DNA from: Opitutaceae bacterium
GTDB lineage: Bacteria > Verrucomicrobiota > Verrucomicrobiia > Opitutales > Coraliomargaritaceae
DNA: 64,000 nucleotides
Reading direction: 5' to 3'
Assembly: GCA_051252375.1 (NCBI GenBank)
Contig: JBPOFY010000010.1
Coordinates: 63,290-127,289, forward strand
The first letter of the stretch is position 1. The number at the start of each line of letters is the position of its first letter. Shown here piece after piece: positions 39,840 through 50,172 of this stretch. The translations under genes were made by a program, and so were the position numbers. The notes beneath the pieces were generated by a model. It did no database searches and was not told where the DNA came from. It saw nothing but the letters and a program-made list of their open reading frames with translations.

Positions 39840-41795
39840 ATGAAAATCATTACACTGGGATTTGCCCTACTTGCATCTGCAGCAATAGCTAGTGGCAACC
39901 AAATAGCTGACAGTCAGCAAAACTGGGTCAAGCACTACGCTAAACAGAAGAAGATGGTGTCGCCCGAAGACGCCTTAATAAACACGGACTCCGAACCGAG
40001 TTTGAGTGACGGCTTCGTCTCGCTATATAACGGCAAAAACCTCGACGGTTGGACAGCGCGCGGTGGTCAATGCACCTTCGAAGCTGCGGGCGACTCTATC
40101 ATAGGCACATGTGTGCCCGGCTCCCCCAGCACTTACTTATCAACGAATCGCGATGACTACACCGATTTCATCTTCACCGCTGAAATCAAATGGGAAATCG
40201 ATGGCAACACCGGCGTCATGTTTCGCGCCGCGCATCGTAAAGGAAAAAGCGGCAGAGAGATCGTCTACGGACCACAATGCGAAATGGAAGGATTCGAAAA
40301 AGACCGCGGCTGGTCCGGTGGCATCTATGGTCAAGATGCAGGTGGCTGGCTCTACCCACTATGGCTCGATACACACGAGGCAGCCCGCAAGGCACTGAAA
40401 AAGGACGGATGGAATCGAGTCACGATTCAAGCTATCGGCAAAGACGTGAAGACTTGGGTCAACGGTGTGCCAACCGCGCACTGGATCGATGAAGAATACG
40501 GCAAAGGCTTCTTCAGCTTACAGGTCCACTCCGGAAAACAAGGCAAGATCCACTTCCGCAACCTCAAGGTCAAAGAACTTAAATCCGATACAATCAATAC
40601 ATTAGACAATAGCACATCAATCGCAGGCGAATGGATTGAGCTTTTTAACGGCAAAGACCTCACAAACTGGGAGAACCCTTACGACTGGGGGCTGGCGAAA
40701 GTCGTCGATGGAGAACTCCACCTCACAACGGAGAAGTCCAAGTGGTTCCTTTCAACCGAAAAGGAATATTCTGATTTCATCTTCGAAGCGGAAGTGAAAA
40801 TGCCTGAAGGCAAATGCAACTCTGGTTTTCTGTTCCGAAGTCACAAGTCTAAGAACAAGATGTTCGGTTATCAGGCGGAAGTGGACCCCTCTAGCAGGAA
40901 CTGGTCTGGTGGCCTCTACGATGAGGGACGCCGCCGTTGGTTTATCTCTCCAAACCGCGATCACGCAGAATCCGAAGAGGCAAAGAAAAAGTCCATCACT
41001 GCATTTCTCGAACGCGCCGGCGACAGCTTCAAGCGTGATGACTGGAACCATTACCGCATCGAATGCCGCGGCGACCATATCAAGATCTCCGTCAATGGCG
41101 TCACGACGACAGATATCCATGACAAGGAAGATGCCAAAGGATACATCGCACTTCAGCACCATGGCGAAAAAGGCCAGACCTACCGCTTTCGCAATATAAA
41201 GATAATGGAGCTCACAGATGAATACCAAGATCTCTTTGCTGCCGGCGACTTTTCCAAATGGACAAGCGTCAACGGTGCCCCCGTCGAAGGCTGGACGATC
41301 GAAAATGGCGTCATCGAACGACCTGCACTCAAGGAGGGAGACAAACGCCCAGGCAGTATCATTACCACGCAGCACTATAAAAACTTCGACATCAAGTTTG
41401 ACTGGAAGATCAGCGAAGGCGGCAACTCCGGCGTGAAGTATCGCACCATAGGCAATCTCGGTCTCGAATACCAAGTGCTCGACGACGGTGTGCACAAAGA
41501 CTCAAACCTTTCAGCTGGCATTTATGCGTTGGTGCCCGCCACCACAGACAAGCCTTACAATCCCGGCGGACAATGGAACTCAGGTCGCATTATCGCTCAG
41601 GGTGATCATGTCGAGCATTGGATCAACGGCGTCAAAGTGGCAGAGATCGAAATCGGCAGCGAAGATTGGGTCGAGCGGTTCGAAAAGAGTAAATACAAGG
41701 AACATGAAGGCTTCGGCACATGGACCGGCCCTATCTATTTACAAGACCACAACGATCCAGTTTCGTTTCGGAATGTTCGCATCAAAGAACTATAG
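39840..41795 (+). CDS. Exported protein with three tandem DUF1080 domains
   Basis: Start ATG 39840 gives a signal peptide; three domains ending FRNLKVKEL, FRNIKIMEL, FRNVRIKEL, each with NT/SG and LQxH motifs. Confidence 0.92.
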   Translation: MKIITLGFALLASAAIASGNQIADSQQNWVKHYAKQKKMVSPEDALINTDSEPSLSDGFVSLYNGKNLDGWTARGGQCTFEAAGDSIIGTCVPGSPSTYLSTNRDDYTDFIFTAEIKWEIDGNTGVMFRAAHRKGKSGREIVYGPQCEMEGFEKDRGWSGGIYGQDAGGWLYPLWLDTHEAARKALKKDGWNRVTIQAIGKDVKTWVNGVPTAHWIDEEYGKGFFSLQVHSGKQGKIHFRNLKVKELKSDTINTLDNSTSIAGEWIELFNGKDLTNWENPYDWGLAKVVDGELHLTTEKSKWFLSTEKEYSDFIFEAEVKMPEGKCNSGFLFRSHKSKNKMFGYQAEVDPSSRNWSGGLYDEGRRRWFISPNRDHAESEEAKKKSITAFLERAGDSFKRDDWNHYRIECRGDHIKISVNGVTTTDIHDKEDAKGYIALQHHGEKGQTYRFRNIKIMELTDEYQDLFAAGDFSKWTSVNGAPVEGWTIENGVIERPALKEGDKRPGSIITTQHYKNFDIKFDWKISEGGNSGVKYRTIGNLGLEYQVLDDGVHKDSNLSAGIYALVPATTDKPYNPGGQWNSGRIIAQGDHVEHWINGVKVAEIEIGSEDWVERFEKSKYKEHEGFGTWTGPIYLQDHNDPVSFRNVRIKEL

Positions 41796-41828
41796 AGTCT
41801 CACCATCAACTACCCCACCCAACACTAA

Positions 41829-43457
41829 ATGAGTCAGCAAAACCTCGACGAAGTCCTAGAAGAAGCCGAAAATAAAGGCGGTCCTGCGAAACTATTAACC
41901 TATGCACGTTTGTCTGGACCTGGTTGGGTGCAAGCTGCCGTCACACTCGGCGGAGGGTCACTCGTAGGCGCTCTTTACTTAGGTGTCATCGGCGGCTACC
42001 AGTTCATGTGGCTCCAACCGCTGGCGATGCTTTGCGGCGTCATCATGCTCGCCGCGATTTCCTACGTCACCCTTTCCTCGGATGAACGTCCCTTTGTATC
42101 GGTCAAAAAGAATATCTCGCCCACACTCGCATGGGGTTGGCTCATTGCCACCGTCGTCGCCAACGTGGTCTTTTGTTCCGCACAGTTCGCGCTGGGAACA
42201 GGGGCCGCCCAAAACAATCTCGGCATACTAGCCGAAGTTGAAAAACCATATTTAATCACCGCGGTCTTTTCACTGGGAAGCTTGGGCTTACTCTGGCTTT
42301 CACGCCAAGGAGGTCCTGCCTCAAAAGTTATCGACTATGTATTGAAGGCACTGGTCGCCGTCGTCGTGCTCGCCTTCATGGGCGTGGTTGTCGTGCTGGC
42401 ATCGAAAGGCGCCATTGAATGGGGCGCACTCTTCAAAGGTCTTATCCCTGATTTCGGCGCACTCTTCAAACCGACTAGCACCTACAGCGCTGCGATCGCC
42501 GCCACTGGTGAGAGCGCAGATTTCTGGACGACCTATATCGCCAACAATCAGCGAAACGTCATCATCGGCGCCTTCGGATCTGCCGTGGGTATCAACATGA
42601 CTTTCCTCTTACCCTACAGCTTAAAAGCCAAGGGCTGGGGCAAAAAACACCGCACGCTCTCTCGCTACGATCTTGTCCTGGGTCTCTTCATTCCGTTCAT
42701 CTTGGCGACCTCGTTTCTCGTCATTGCGACATCCTCCCAGTTTCACGCGCGCGCGGATGGGGTCTATTCACAGCCAGAGTATCTCAAGGTTCTTGATACA
42801 CGTATCGCCTCCACACATGAAGGCTACGCCAGCCTTACAGACGAAGCAAAAAACACGCTTCGAGAAGCACTACCACAAGCCGACAAAGACATGAGTGTCA
42901 TGCTCGCTAAGCGCAATGCAAAGGACCTCGCAAGTTCGCTCGAACCCTTCCTCGGTAAAAACGCCCAACTGATCTTCGGCATCGGCGTGCTCGCGATGGC
43001 GGTTAGCACCATGATCGTTCACATGATGATGAATGGCTATGCCATCTCAGAAGCTTTCGGAAAACCCGGCGCCAAAGGCATCTTTATGATTGGAGCCTGC
43101 ATGCCTGCCATCACCGGATTTCTTTCCCCTATTCTTTGGAGCGGTCAGACTAAAACCGCACTCGTAGTTCCCGCGGCAGTTATTGCGACAACCCTACTTC
43201 CGATCGCTTACGTCGTCTTTATACTCTTGATGAACTCGAAGAAGACGCTCGGACCAGAGCTCCCCAAGAAACGCGCCTTGATCAACATATTGATGCTACT
43301 TGCCGCAGGTGTCGCATCTTTCGCCTCTGTCTGGAGTCTTGTCGGTAAAGCTTCCGCAGGCGGCTCAACCGGTGTTCAAGGCATCGTTGGTCTTATAGTT
43401 CTACCACTTTTTCTGCTCATCGGCATCATAGGTTTCGTCAAGCGCAACCGCGCCTAA
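41829..43457 (+). CDS. NRAMP-related (APC-fold) membrane transporter
   Basis: LSGPGWVQAAVTLGGGS TM1 pattern, GYQFMWLQP; about 11-12 TM helices; lacks DPGN. Confidence 0.8.
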   Translation: MSQQNLDEVLEEAENKGGPAKLLTYARLSGPGWVQAAVTLGGGSLVGALYLGVIGGYQFMWLQPLAMLCGVIMLAAISYVTLSSDERPFVSVKKNISPTLAWGWLIATVVANVVFCSAQFALGTGAAQNNLGILAEVEKPYLITAVFSLGSLGLLWLSRQGGPASKVIDYVLKALVAVVVLAFMGVVVVLASKGAIEWGALFKGLIPDFGALFKPTSTYSAAIAATGESADFWTTYIANNQRNVIIGAFGSAVGINMTFLLPYSLKAKGWGKKHRTLSRYDLVLGLFIPFILATSFLVIATSSQFHARADGVYSQPEYLKVLDTRIASTHEGYASLTDEAKNTLREALPQADKDMSVMLAKRNAKDLASSLEPFLGKNAQLIFGIGVLAMAVSTMIVHMMMNGYAISEAFGKPGAKGIFMIGACMPAITGFLSPILWSGQTKTALVVPAAVIATTLLPIAYVVFILLMNSKKTLGPELPKKRALINILMLLAAGVASFASVWSLVGKASAGGSTGVQGIVGLIVLPLFLLIGIIGFVKRNRA

Positions 43458-43479
43458 GACTTCCATACAAATACCTACT

Positions 43480-44526
43480 ATGAAATTTGGAATCATTGGA
43501 TCTGGCATGATTGGCGGCTTTCACGCCAAAGCCATCGCAGCCATGAACGGCGGCGAGCTAGGCGGTGTCGCTGATAAAGTTTACGAGCGCTCTCAAGCTT
43601 TCGCAGAGAAATATGCAACCAAGGCTTACGAGTCCGTTGAGGCGATGTTAGCAGATACTGAGATCGACATCATAACAATCGGCACGCCTTCCGGAGCACA
43701 CTTTGATCCGGCAATGGCTGCGATTGAAGCTGGCAAACATGTCATCATCGAAAAGCCCCTCGAAATCACTACCGAGCGAATCGACCAATTGGTCGCCGCC
43801 GCTAAAGATAAGGGCGTGACGCTCGCAGCGGTGCTCAACCGTCGCTTCCACCCAGGCATGGATGCCTTCAAAAAAGCGAGCAACGATGGACGCTTCGGCA
43901 AACTCACGTCCGCTTCCGCCTACGTGAAGTGGTATCGCGACCAAGCCTACTACGACTCAGCGGGTTGGCGCGGCACATGGGCACTCGACGGCGGCGGCGC
44001 GCTCATGAACCAGTCGATTCACACCATCGACGCACTTCTATATTTAGCCGGTCCAGTAAAGTCAGTTCAGGCCAACACCGCATGCCTTGCGCACACAGAC
44101 ATCGAGGTCGAAGACATCGCCGTGGCCATTCTTGAATTTGAAAACGGCGCAAGAGGCGTCATCGAAGGCAGCACCACAACTTGGTCAAAAAATGGGCATC
44201 CCTCACGCGTTCAATTGTCAGGCACCGAAGGCTCCGTCTTCCTCGCTGATGAGGCTTTCGAAATCTGGGAATTCATGCACGAAACTGAAGAAGACGATGC
44301 CTTACGCGCCCAATTCATGCAAGGCGCTGAAGCCGGACTCGGTGCGAACGATCCCTCCGCAATCAATTTTTATCAACACCAGCGCAACTTCGAAGAAGTC
44401 GTCTCTGCCATCAAGGAAGGTCGAGAACCCAGCACCAATGCTGCCGAAGCCCGCAAAAGCGTCGAACTGATCCAAGCGATTTACAAATCCGCCCAAAACG
44501 ACGGCGTAAAAGTAGAGCTTAGCTAA
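43480..44526 (+). CDS. Cytoplasmic Gfo/Idh/MocA oxidoreductase
   Basis: IIGSGMIG, TPSGAH, IEKPL, DGGGALMNQSIHTID. Confidence 0.95.
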   Translation: MKFGIIGSGMIGGFHAKAIAAMNGGELGGVADKVYERSQAFAEKYATKAYESVEAMLADTEIDIITIGTPSGAHFDPAMAAIEAGKHVIIEKPLEITTERIDQLVAAAKDKGVTLAAVLNRRFHPGMDAFKKASNDGRFGKLTSASAYVKWYRDQAYYDSAGWRGTWALDGGGALMNQSIHTIDALLYLAGPVKSVQANTACLAHTDIEVEDIAVAILEFENGARGVIEGSTTTWSKNGHPSRVQLSGTEGSVFLADEAFEIWEFMHETEEDDALRAQFMQGAEAGLGANDPSAINFYQHQRNFEEVVSAIKEGREPSTNAAEARKSVELIQAIYKSAQNDGVKVELS

Positions 44527-44615
44527 GAGATCGAATATTCAAATCAACTACTCCTACATCAGATAAGAACACGTCCATTCATCATTGAACGATCCGTGTT
44601 CGAAGTTCCCCTACT

Positions 44616-45485
44616 ATGATACTCTCAGGATTTACCGACGAGGCAGGACAAGACCTCGCAACACAGATCAAGGCGACTCAGGCACTCGGATGGAAGCATC
44701 TCTCAGCGCGTAGCGTCGATAGCCAGAACCTGCACGACGTGCCCCAAGATACTTTCGACGCAGTTGCAGAACGACTCGATGAGACCGGCATCCAAGTGAT
44801 TGAATTTGGCTCACTCATTGGCAGCTGGTCAAAAGGCATCGACTCCGACTTCGACATTACACTTGGCGAAATCGAGCGAGCGATTCCCCGCATGCAACGC
44901 CTCGGCACCAAGTTCATTCGCATTATGTCCTATGCGCAAAAACCATGGGGCAAAGATCAACATGAAGAAGAACGCTTTCGCCGGCTCCGTGAGATCGTCA
45001 ATCGCTTTGCCGATGCCGGTCTACATGCGCTGCACGAGAACTGCATGAACTGGGGCGGATTTTCTGCACAACATACATTGCGCTTAATCGAAGAAGTCCC
45101 AGGGCTAAAACTCATCTTTGATACAGGAAATCCCGTCTTCCAACTCGACCGCTCAAAAGCAGAACCATACCCATGGCAGGATCCGCTGGAATTCTATCAA
45201 GCCATCAAGGAGCATATCGCCCACATCCACATCAAGGACTGCCTCAACCCACTAGAAGGAAACACTGAGCCAGAACAATACTCCATGCCGGGTGAAGGTC
45301 AGGCACGACTGCTTGAAATACTCCAAGCACTAAAAGCGGATAATTACACGGGCGCCTATAGCATCGAACCGCACATCGCCACCGTGTTTCACGATAAAAG
45401 CCAACAAGCAGTTGAGCCCGAGCAGGCATATAATAGCTATGTTGCTTATGGAAAAGCCTTCGAAAAAATGCTAACTAGTATCTAA
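44616..45485 (+). CDS. Sugar phosphate isomerase/epimerase (xylose-isomerase-like TIM barrel)
   Basis: SGFTDEA, LHENC, IFDTGN, HIHIKD, SIEPH. Confidence 0.92.
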   Translation: MILSGFTDEAGQDLATQIKATQALGWKHLSARSVDSQNLHDVPQDTFDAVAERLDETGIQVIEFGSLIGSWSKGIDSDFDITLGEIERAIPRMQRLGTKFIRIMSYAQKPWGKDQHEEERFRRLREIVNRFADAGLHALHENCMNWGGFSAQHTLRLIEEVPGLKLIFDTGNPVFQLDRSKAEPYPWQDPLEFYQAIKEHIAHIHIKDCLNPLEGNTEPEQYSMPGEGQARLLEILQALKADNYTGAYSIEPHIATVFHDKSQQAVEPEQAYNSYVAYGKAFEKMLTSI

Positions 45486-45775
45486 TCGCTGATAGCTCGA
45501 TCAATTATAACGCACACAATTTTGACGAAATTTGTCAAAATTTGAAAATTTCCCGCGATTGAAAACGTCGATTATCGCGACAAAATCGCCTTAAGAAAAT
45601 TTCACATCAAATTATACAACAGTGAGTTAAGTTAATACAAACAAGCGCATCAATTATCCATTCCACCGAATTAATCACGTAAAGACGGGACGCAATTCGC
45701 TTAAAAAAGTATTGCCACCAGCATCCCCTCTAAGCTTAAACTTTATAAAGATATCCACATAAGCACCCCATTATT

Positions 45776-46294
45776 ATGAATTCGAATGAATCCACCACAA
45801 ACGACCTCGGCTTGACCCTTGGTATTTTATTACTCCGCGTCTGGCTCGGTTTCCGCGCGATCATCACCGGACTCGAAAAGTTTGGTGGCACCAAGCCACG
45901 CGATGTCGAAGTTTTAATCGACGGTGCAGCCAACGACTACGGTCTGGTTGAAACGACTACGGATAAGATTTATTCGCTCAGCAACTATCAAGGCGTGCCC
46001 GGTCCACTCTATAGCAAGTTCAGCGACGAGCCCTTAATTCCCGACTTCGCACTGAGCGCCTACAACGTCGTGCTTGGTCCTGCCCTCATAATTCTTGGTA
46101 TCACCGTGCTACTCGGTATCGCCACTCGTATTTCTCTTTTTGCAATGGGGCTTCTTTACACCAGCCTCACCTTCGGCCTGATCCTCATCAAACAAGATGG
46201 TGGCATCGCTTGGCTAGCCGTCCACATCGTTCTCATCGTAATGGCACTCGGACTTGCGAAACATAACCGCCTCGCTATCCTCAAAAAGTGGTAA
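45776..46294 (+). CDS. DoxX-family membrane protein
   Basis: LLLRVWLG...GLEKF, ILGITVLLGIATR; four TM helices with a periplasmic loop. Confidence 0.85.
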   Translation: MNSNESTTNDLGLTLGILLLRVWLGFRAIITGLEKFGGTKPRDVEVLIDGAANDYGLVETTTDKIYSLSNYQGVPGPLYSKFSDEPLIPDFALSAYNVVLGPALIILGITVLLGIATRISLFAMGLLYTSLTFGLILIKQDGGIAWLAVHIVLIVMALGLAKHNRLAILKKW

Positions 46295-46314
46295 CCCTAC
46301 AGCGCTGAACGACC

Positions 46315-47694
46315 ATGGATTTTCAACTCCCCAATCTCACTCGTCGCGACTTCTTGGCTAAATCCAGCCTTGGAGCAGGCATGATTCTCGGTGCACCTTC
46401 GATCTTGAAGGCAAGCGCGCCGGGTGCACCAGCCGATGAGATTCGAGTCGGCTTCATCGGTTGCGGCAAGCAACACGAAGTGCTTTTCAATGCCATGGTA
46501 AATATACCGGGCATTCGCTATGTTGCAGCCTGCGACATCATGAAAGACCGTCTCGGTCGCACCTTCGGCGCGATCAAATCACGCTTTGGCTATAGTATTA
46601 AGCGCTACCTAGATGCAGCCGATATGCTGGAAAAGGAAGAGCTCGATGCTGTCTTCGTCGCCACACCCGATTTCTGGCACGCACCCCACACCGTCATGGC
46701 TCTGGAAGCCGGCTGCGACGTGTATTGTGAGAAGATGATGTCCAACACCATAGAAGGCGCACGCAGCATGGTCGCTGCAATGGATAAGACCGGCAAGCTC
46801 TGCCAAATCGGACACCAACGTCGTAGCAATCCACGCTATCGCTACACACTGAATGAGTTGATTCTTAAAGAAAAAATCTGCGGTCAACTCATCAACATGA
46901 ACGGTCAGTGGAACCGAGCGCTCAGCTCCTCGCAGGACATTGTATCCAAGCCTTCGATTCTACCAGATGCTGACACCTTACGTCGTGCAGGATTCAATGC
47001 AGGTGCAGAAAAGGAACTCTCACTCGAAGAGCTCCGTCACCGCTTCCTTAACTGGCGCTTTTACAAGGATCTCTCCGGAGGCCCCATCTCTGACCTGGGT
47101 GCGCACCAGATCGATATTTTCAACTGGTATATGGGAAGCCAGCCAACAAGCCTCCAAGCTTCCGGCGGTCGCAGCTACTTCAAAGACCGTGAGCATTTCG
47201 ATAATGTCATGTGCATCTTCGATTACGACACACCGCAAGGTTCTGCTCGCGCCTTCTATCAAGTGCTCACAACTACAAGCGCAGGTGGCGGCTACTTCGA
47301 GTCCTTCATGGGAACCGAAGGCACCATCGAGATCTCCGAGCGCGAAGCCTATACCAACATCTTCAAAGAATCCGGTGCAGATAACGCAAAGTGGGACAAA
47401 CTCGTGCACCGCGGATTGCTCAAAAAAGAAGCCGCAGGTGTCGCAGCCGGCGGATCGGATGCGATCGCCTCTTACGAGTCTGCTCCACCTGATAAATACG
47501 CGCTCCCTGGCGGCCTAAGCAAAGCACCGCACCAGCCGCACATTGAAAACTTCCTTTCTACAATTCGTGGCGAAGCAAAACTCACTTGCGACGCACGTCA
47601 CGCACTCGAATCAGAAGCTCCCATCTATTGGGTCAATCAAGCCGCCGAAACTCGCGAAACCATACACTTCACCGAAGAACATTTACACACTTAG
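46315..47694 (+). CDS. Tat-exported Gfo/Idh/MocA oxidoreductase
   Basis: TRRDFLAK; IGCGKQ, TPDFWH, YCEKMM, GHQRRS, DLGAHQID. Confidence 0.94.
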   Translation: MDFQLPNLTRRDFLAKSSLGAGMILGAPSILKASAPGAPADEIRVGFIGCGKQHEVLFNAMVNIPGIRYVAACDIMKDRLGRTFGAIKSRFGYSIKRYLDAADMLEKEELDAVFVATPDFWHAPHTVMALEAGCDVYCEKMMSNTIEGARSMVAAMDKTGKLCQIGHQRRSNPRYRYTLNELILKEKICGQLINMNGQWNRALSSSQDIVSKPSILPDADTLRRAGFNAGAEKELSLEELRHRFLNWRFYKDLSGGPISDLGAHQIDIFNWYMGSQPTSLQASGGRSYFKDREHFDNVMCIFDYDTPQGSARAFYQVLTTTSAGGGYFESFMGTEGTIEISEREAYTNIFKESGADNAKWDKLVHRGLLKKEAAGVAAGGSDAIASYESAPPDKYALPGGLSKAPHQPHIENFLSTIRGEAKLTCDARHALESEAPIYWVNQAAETRETIHFTEEHLHT

Positions 47695-47739
47695 TAGGAA
47701 ACTTAAATCTCTTTCACCCTCTCCATTTTAAACACAACT

Positions 47740-48453
<714 letters not shown>

Positions 48454-48471
48454 TCGAGCAGCCATTTTAAC

Positions 48472-48506
48472 AAAAAGCCCCACATCGACGATGTGGGGCT
48501 TTTTTT
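48472..48506. terminator. Bidirectional rho-independent terminator
   Basis: AAAAAGCCCCACATC-GAC-GATGTGGGGCTTTTTT between convergent operons. Confidence 0.92.
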
Positions 48507-48553
48507 GTAGTTAAGCATAGTGATTAACCTAAGATTTTGAAGTAGTGTGAGTA

Positions 48554-48653
48554 AAGGTAGAGGCGGTCGTCCCGACCGCCATTCCATCTGTTACGTCCTG
48601 AAACAGGTTGGGCGGCCCCGACGTATGGCGATGGGGACAATCGCCGCTACCTT
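48554..48653. repeat. GTAG-type REP doublet (REPIN-like)
   Basis: GGTAGAGGCGGTCGTCCCGACCGCC (48556-48580) and an inverted copy reading GGTAGCGGCGATTGTCCCCATCGCC on the minus strand (48651-48627); each is GTAG plus a hairpin. Confidence 0.7.
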
Positions 48654-48659
48654 AAAGTA

Positions 48660-50147
48660 TTACGGTCTCCAAGGCTGGTTGCCACCTTTCGACTGGAGGA
48701 ACTGAGCGTCATACTGCTGATACCATTTGTGCAACTGAGCACGCATGGCGCTCACTCGTTCAGGCTGTGATGTAGCGAGGTCTTTAGTTTCACTGATATC
48801 ATCGGCTAAGTTATAAAGAGCGACGCTGCCGTCTTCGTAGTTTTCAACGAGCTTGTAATCACCAATACGGATCGCGCCACCGGGAACACCGCCTTGATTG
48901 CTATAATGCGGATAATGCCAGTAGAGCGCATCACGATCGATTGCCCCACCCTCAAGGACAGGACGCAAGTCTAAGCCATCAATCTCATGCTTCGGCTCAT
49001 ATCCAGCCGCTGCGACCAATGTAGGAAAGAGATCGATCGAGCAAATTTGCTCTTTGCTCACAGAGCCCTCAGCTGTGACTCCTGGATAGCGAATAATCCA
49101 AGGCTCACGGATACCTCCTTCGAACACCCAACCTTTACCGCCGTTGAATGGTAGGTTGCTGGTAGGTAGACCTTCTGATGTTGATAGGCCTCCATTGTCT
49201 GAAGTGAAAACGACAATCGTGTTTTCCCAAACGCCAGCGTCTTTCAAGCCCTGCACCACTTCGCCGACAGCTTCGTCCATGGCTTCAACCATCGCGGCAT
49301 AAACTGCATGCTTTTGCTGGATACGACGCTTATTCGATTTGCCACTGGCTGAAGGCACTTGATCAAACTCCTTACCGGAAATGTGTTTTGCCTTCTCCTT
49401 ATATTTCGCGACCAGATCCGGACGCCCCATCAGCGGTGTGTGCACCGAATAAAACGAAAAGTAAGCGAGGAAAGGTTGATCCTTATTTTCTTTGATAAAG
49501 CTCACCGTCTCACGAGCCAGGCGCGCGGGCATGTGCTCGCCAGCGGGACTCTCTTCTTCGATCTGAGGATTATCAAAAGGAGCAAAGTATCTTTTACCTG
49601 AGTAAGGTCCACCATTGTGATTACCTCCAATGTTCACATCGAAGCCACGATTCAGCGGGAAGTATTCCTCACCGTGTCCGAGGTGCCACTTACCGGCAAA
49701 GAAAGTGGCGTAGCCCTGCTCTCTCAATGCATCCGCCAAAGTGATTTCATTCATTGGCATTTCATCCGTCAAAGGTGCCGGATTGAAAGTGCCACTACGA
49801 AGCTTAGAACCCTTTTTCTTCGGGAAGAAATTAGTCGCCCCCACACGTGTGGGATAGCGCCCAGTCATTAGGCTGTAACGTGTCGGCGAGCAGACCGGGT
49901 TAGCGGCATAGCCATCGGTGAAGAGCATACCTGCTTTGGCTAAAGCATCGACATTCGGCGTCTCGTAGAAGGAGCCCGGATTATTCGCACCGATGTCCAT
50001 GTAGCCGAGATCATCGACAAGGAAAACAACCACATTGGGCTTCTCCGCTGTCATACAAGAAACGCCAAAAAACAATACAAACGTCGCGACTAGTGCAGGC
50101 AGCATGCATTCAAAGGAACGATTTAGAGAGTAAGCTTTTTGCTTCAT
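48660..50147 (-). CDS. Formylglycine-dependent (S1) sulfatase
   Basis: PNVVVFLVDDLG, CSPTRYSLMTG, GKWHLG, FTSDNG, YWHYPHY. Confidence 0.96.
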   Translation of the reverse strand: MKQKAYSLNRSFECMLPALVATFVLFFGVSCMTAEKPNVVVFLVDDLGYMDIGANNPGSFYETPNVDALAKAGMLFTDGYAANPVCSPTRYSLMTGRYPTRVGATNFFPKKKGSKLRSGTFNPAPLTDEMPMNEITLADALREQGYATFFAGKWHLGHGEEYFPLNRGFDVNIGGNHNGGPYSGKRYFAPFDNPQIEEESPAGEHMPARLARETVSFIKENKDQPFLAYFSFYSVHTPLMGRPDLVAKYKEKAKHISGKEFDQVPSASGKSNKRRIQQKHAVYAAMVEAMDEAVGEVVQGLKDAGVWENTIVVFTSDNGGLSTSEGLPTSNLPFNGGKGWVFEGGIREPWIIRYPGVTAEGSVSKEQICSIDLFPTLVAAAGYEPKHEIDGLDLRPVLEGGAIDRDALYWHYPHYSNQGGVPGGAIRIGDYKLVENYEDGSVALYNLADDISETKDLATSQPERVSAMRAQLHKWYQQYDAQFLQSKGGNQPWRP

Positions 50148-50172
50148 AATAAATTAAAGTATTCTGGGGTAA

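Noticed and set aside
40752..41495. Long antisense ORFs (also 51807-52532, 54193-54819, 33717-34316 and many shorter ones)
   Set aside because: Shadow frames opposite well-supported genes; no recognisable motifs.
44567..44601. Intercistronic hairpin GAACACG...CGTGTTC
   Set aside because: Imperfect stem, no U-tract, single copy; at most an mRNA stability element.
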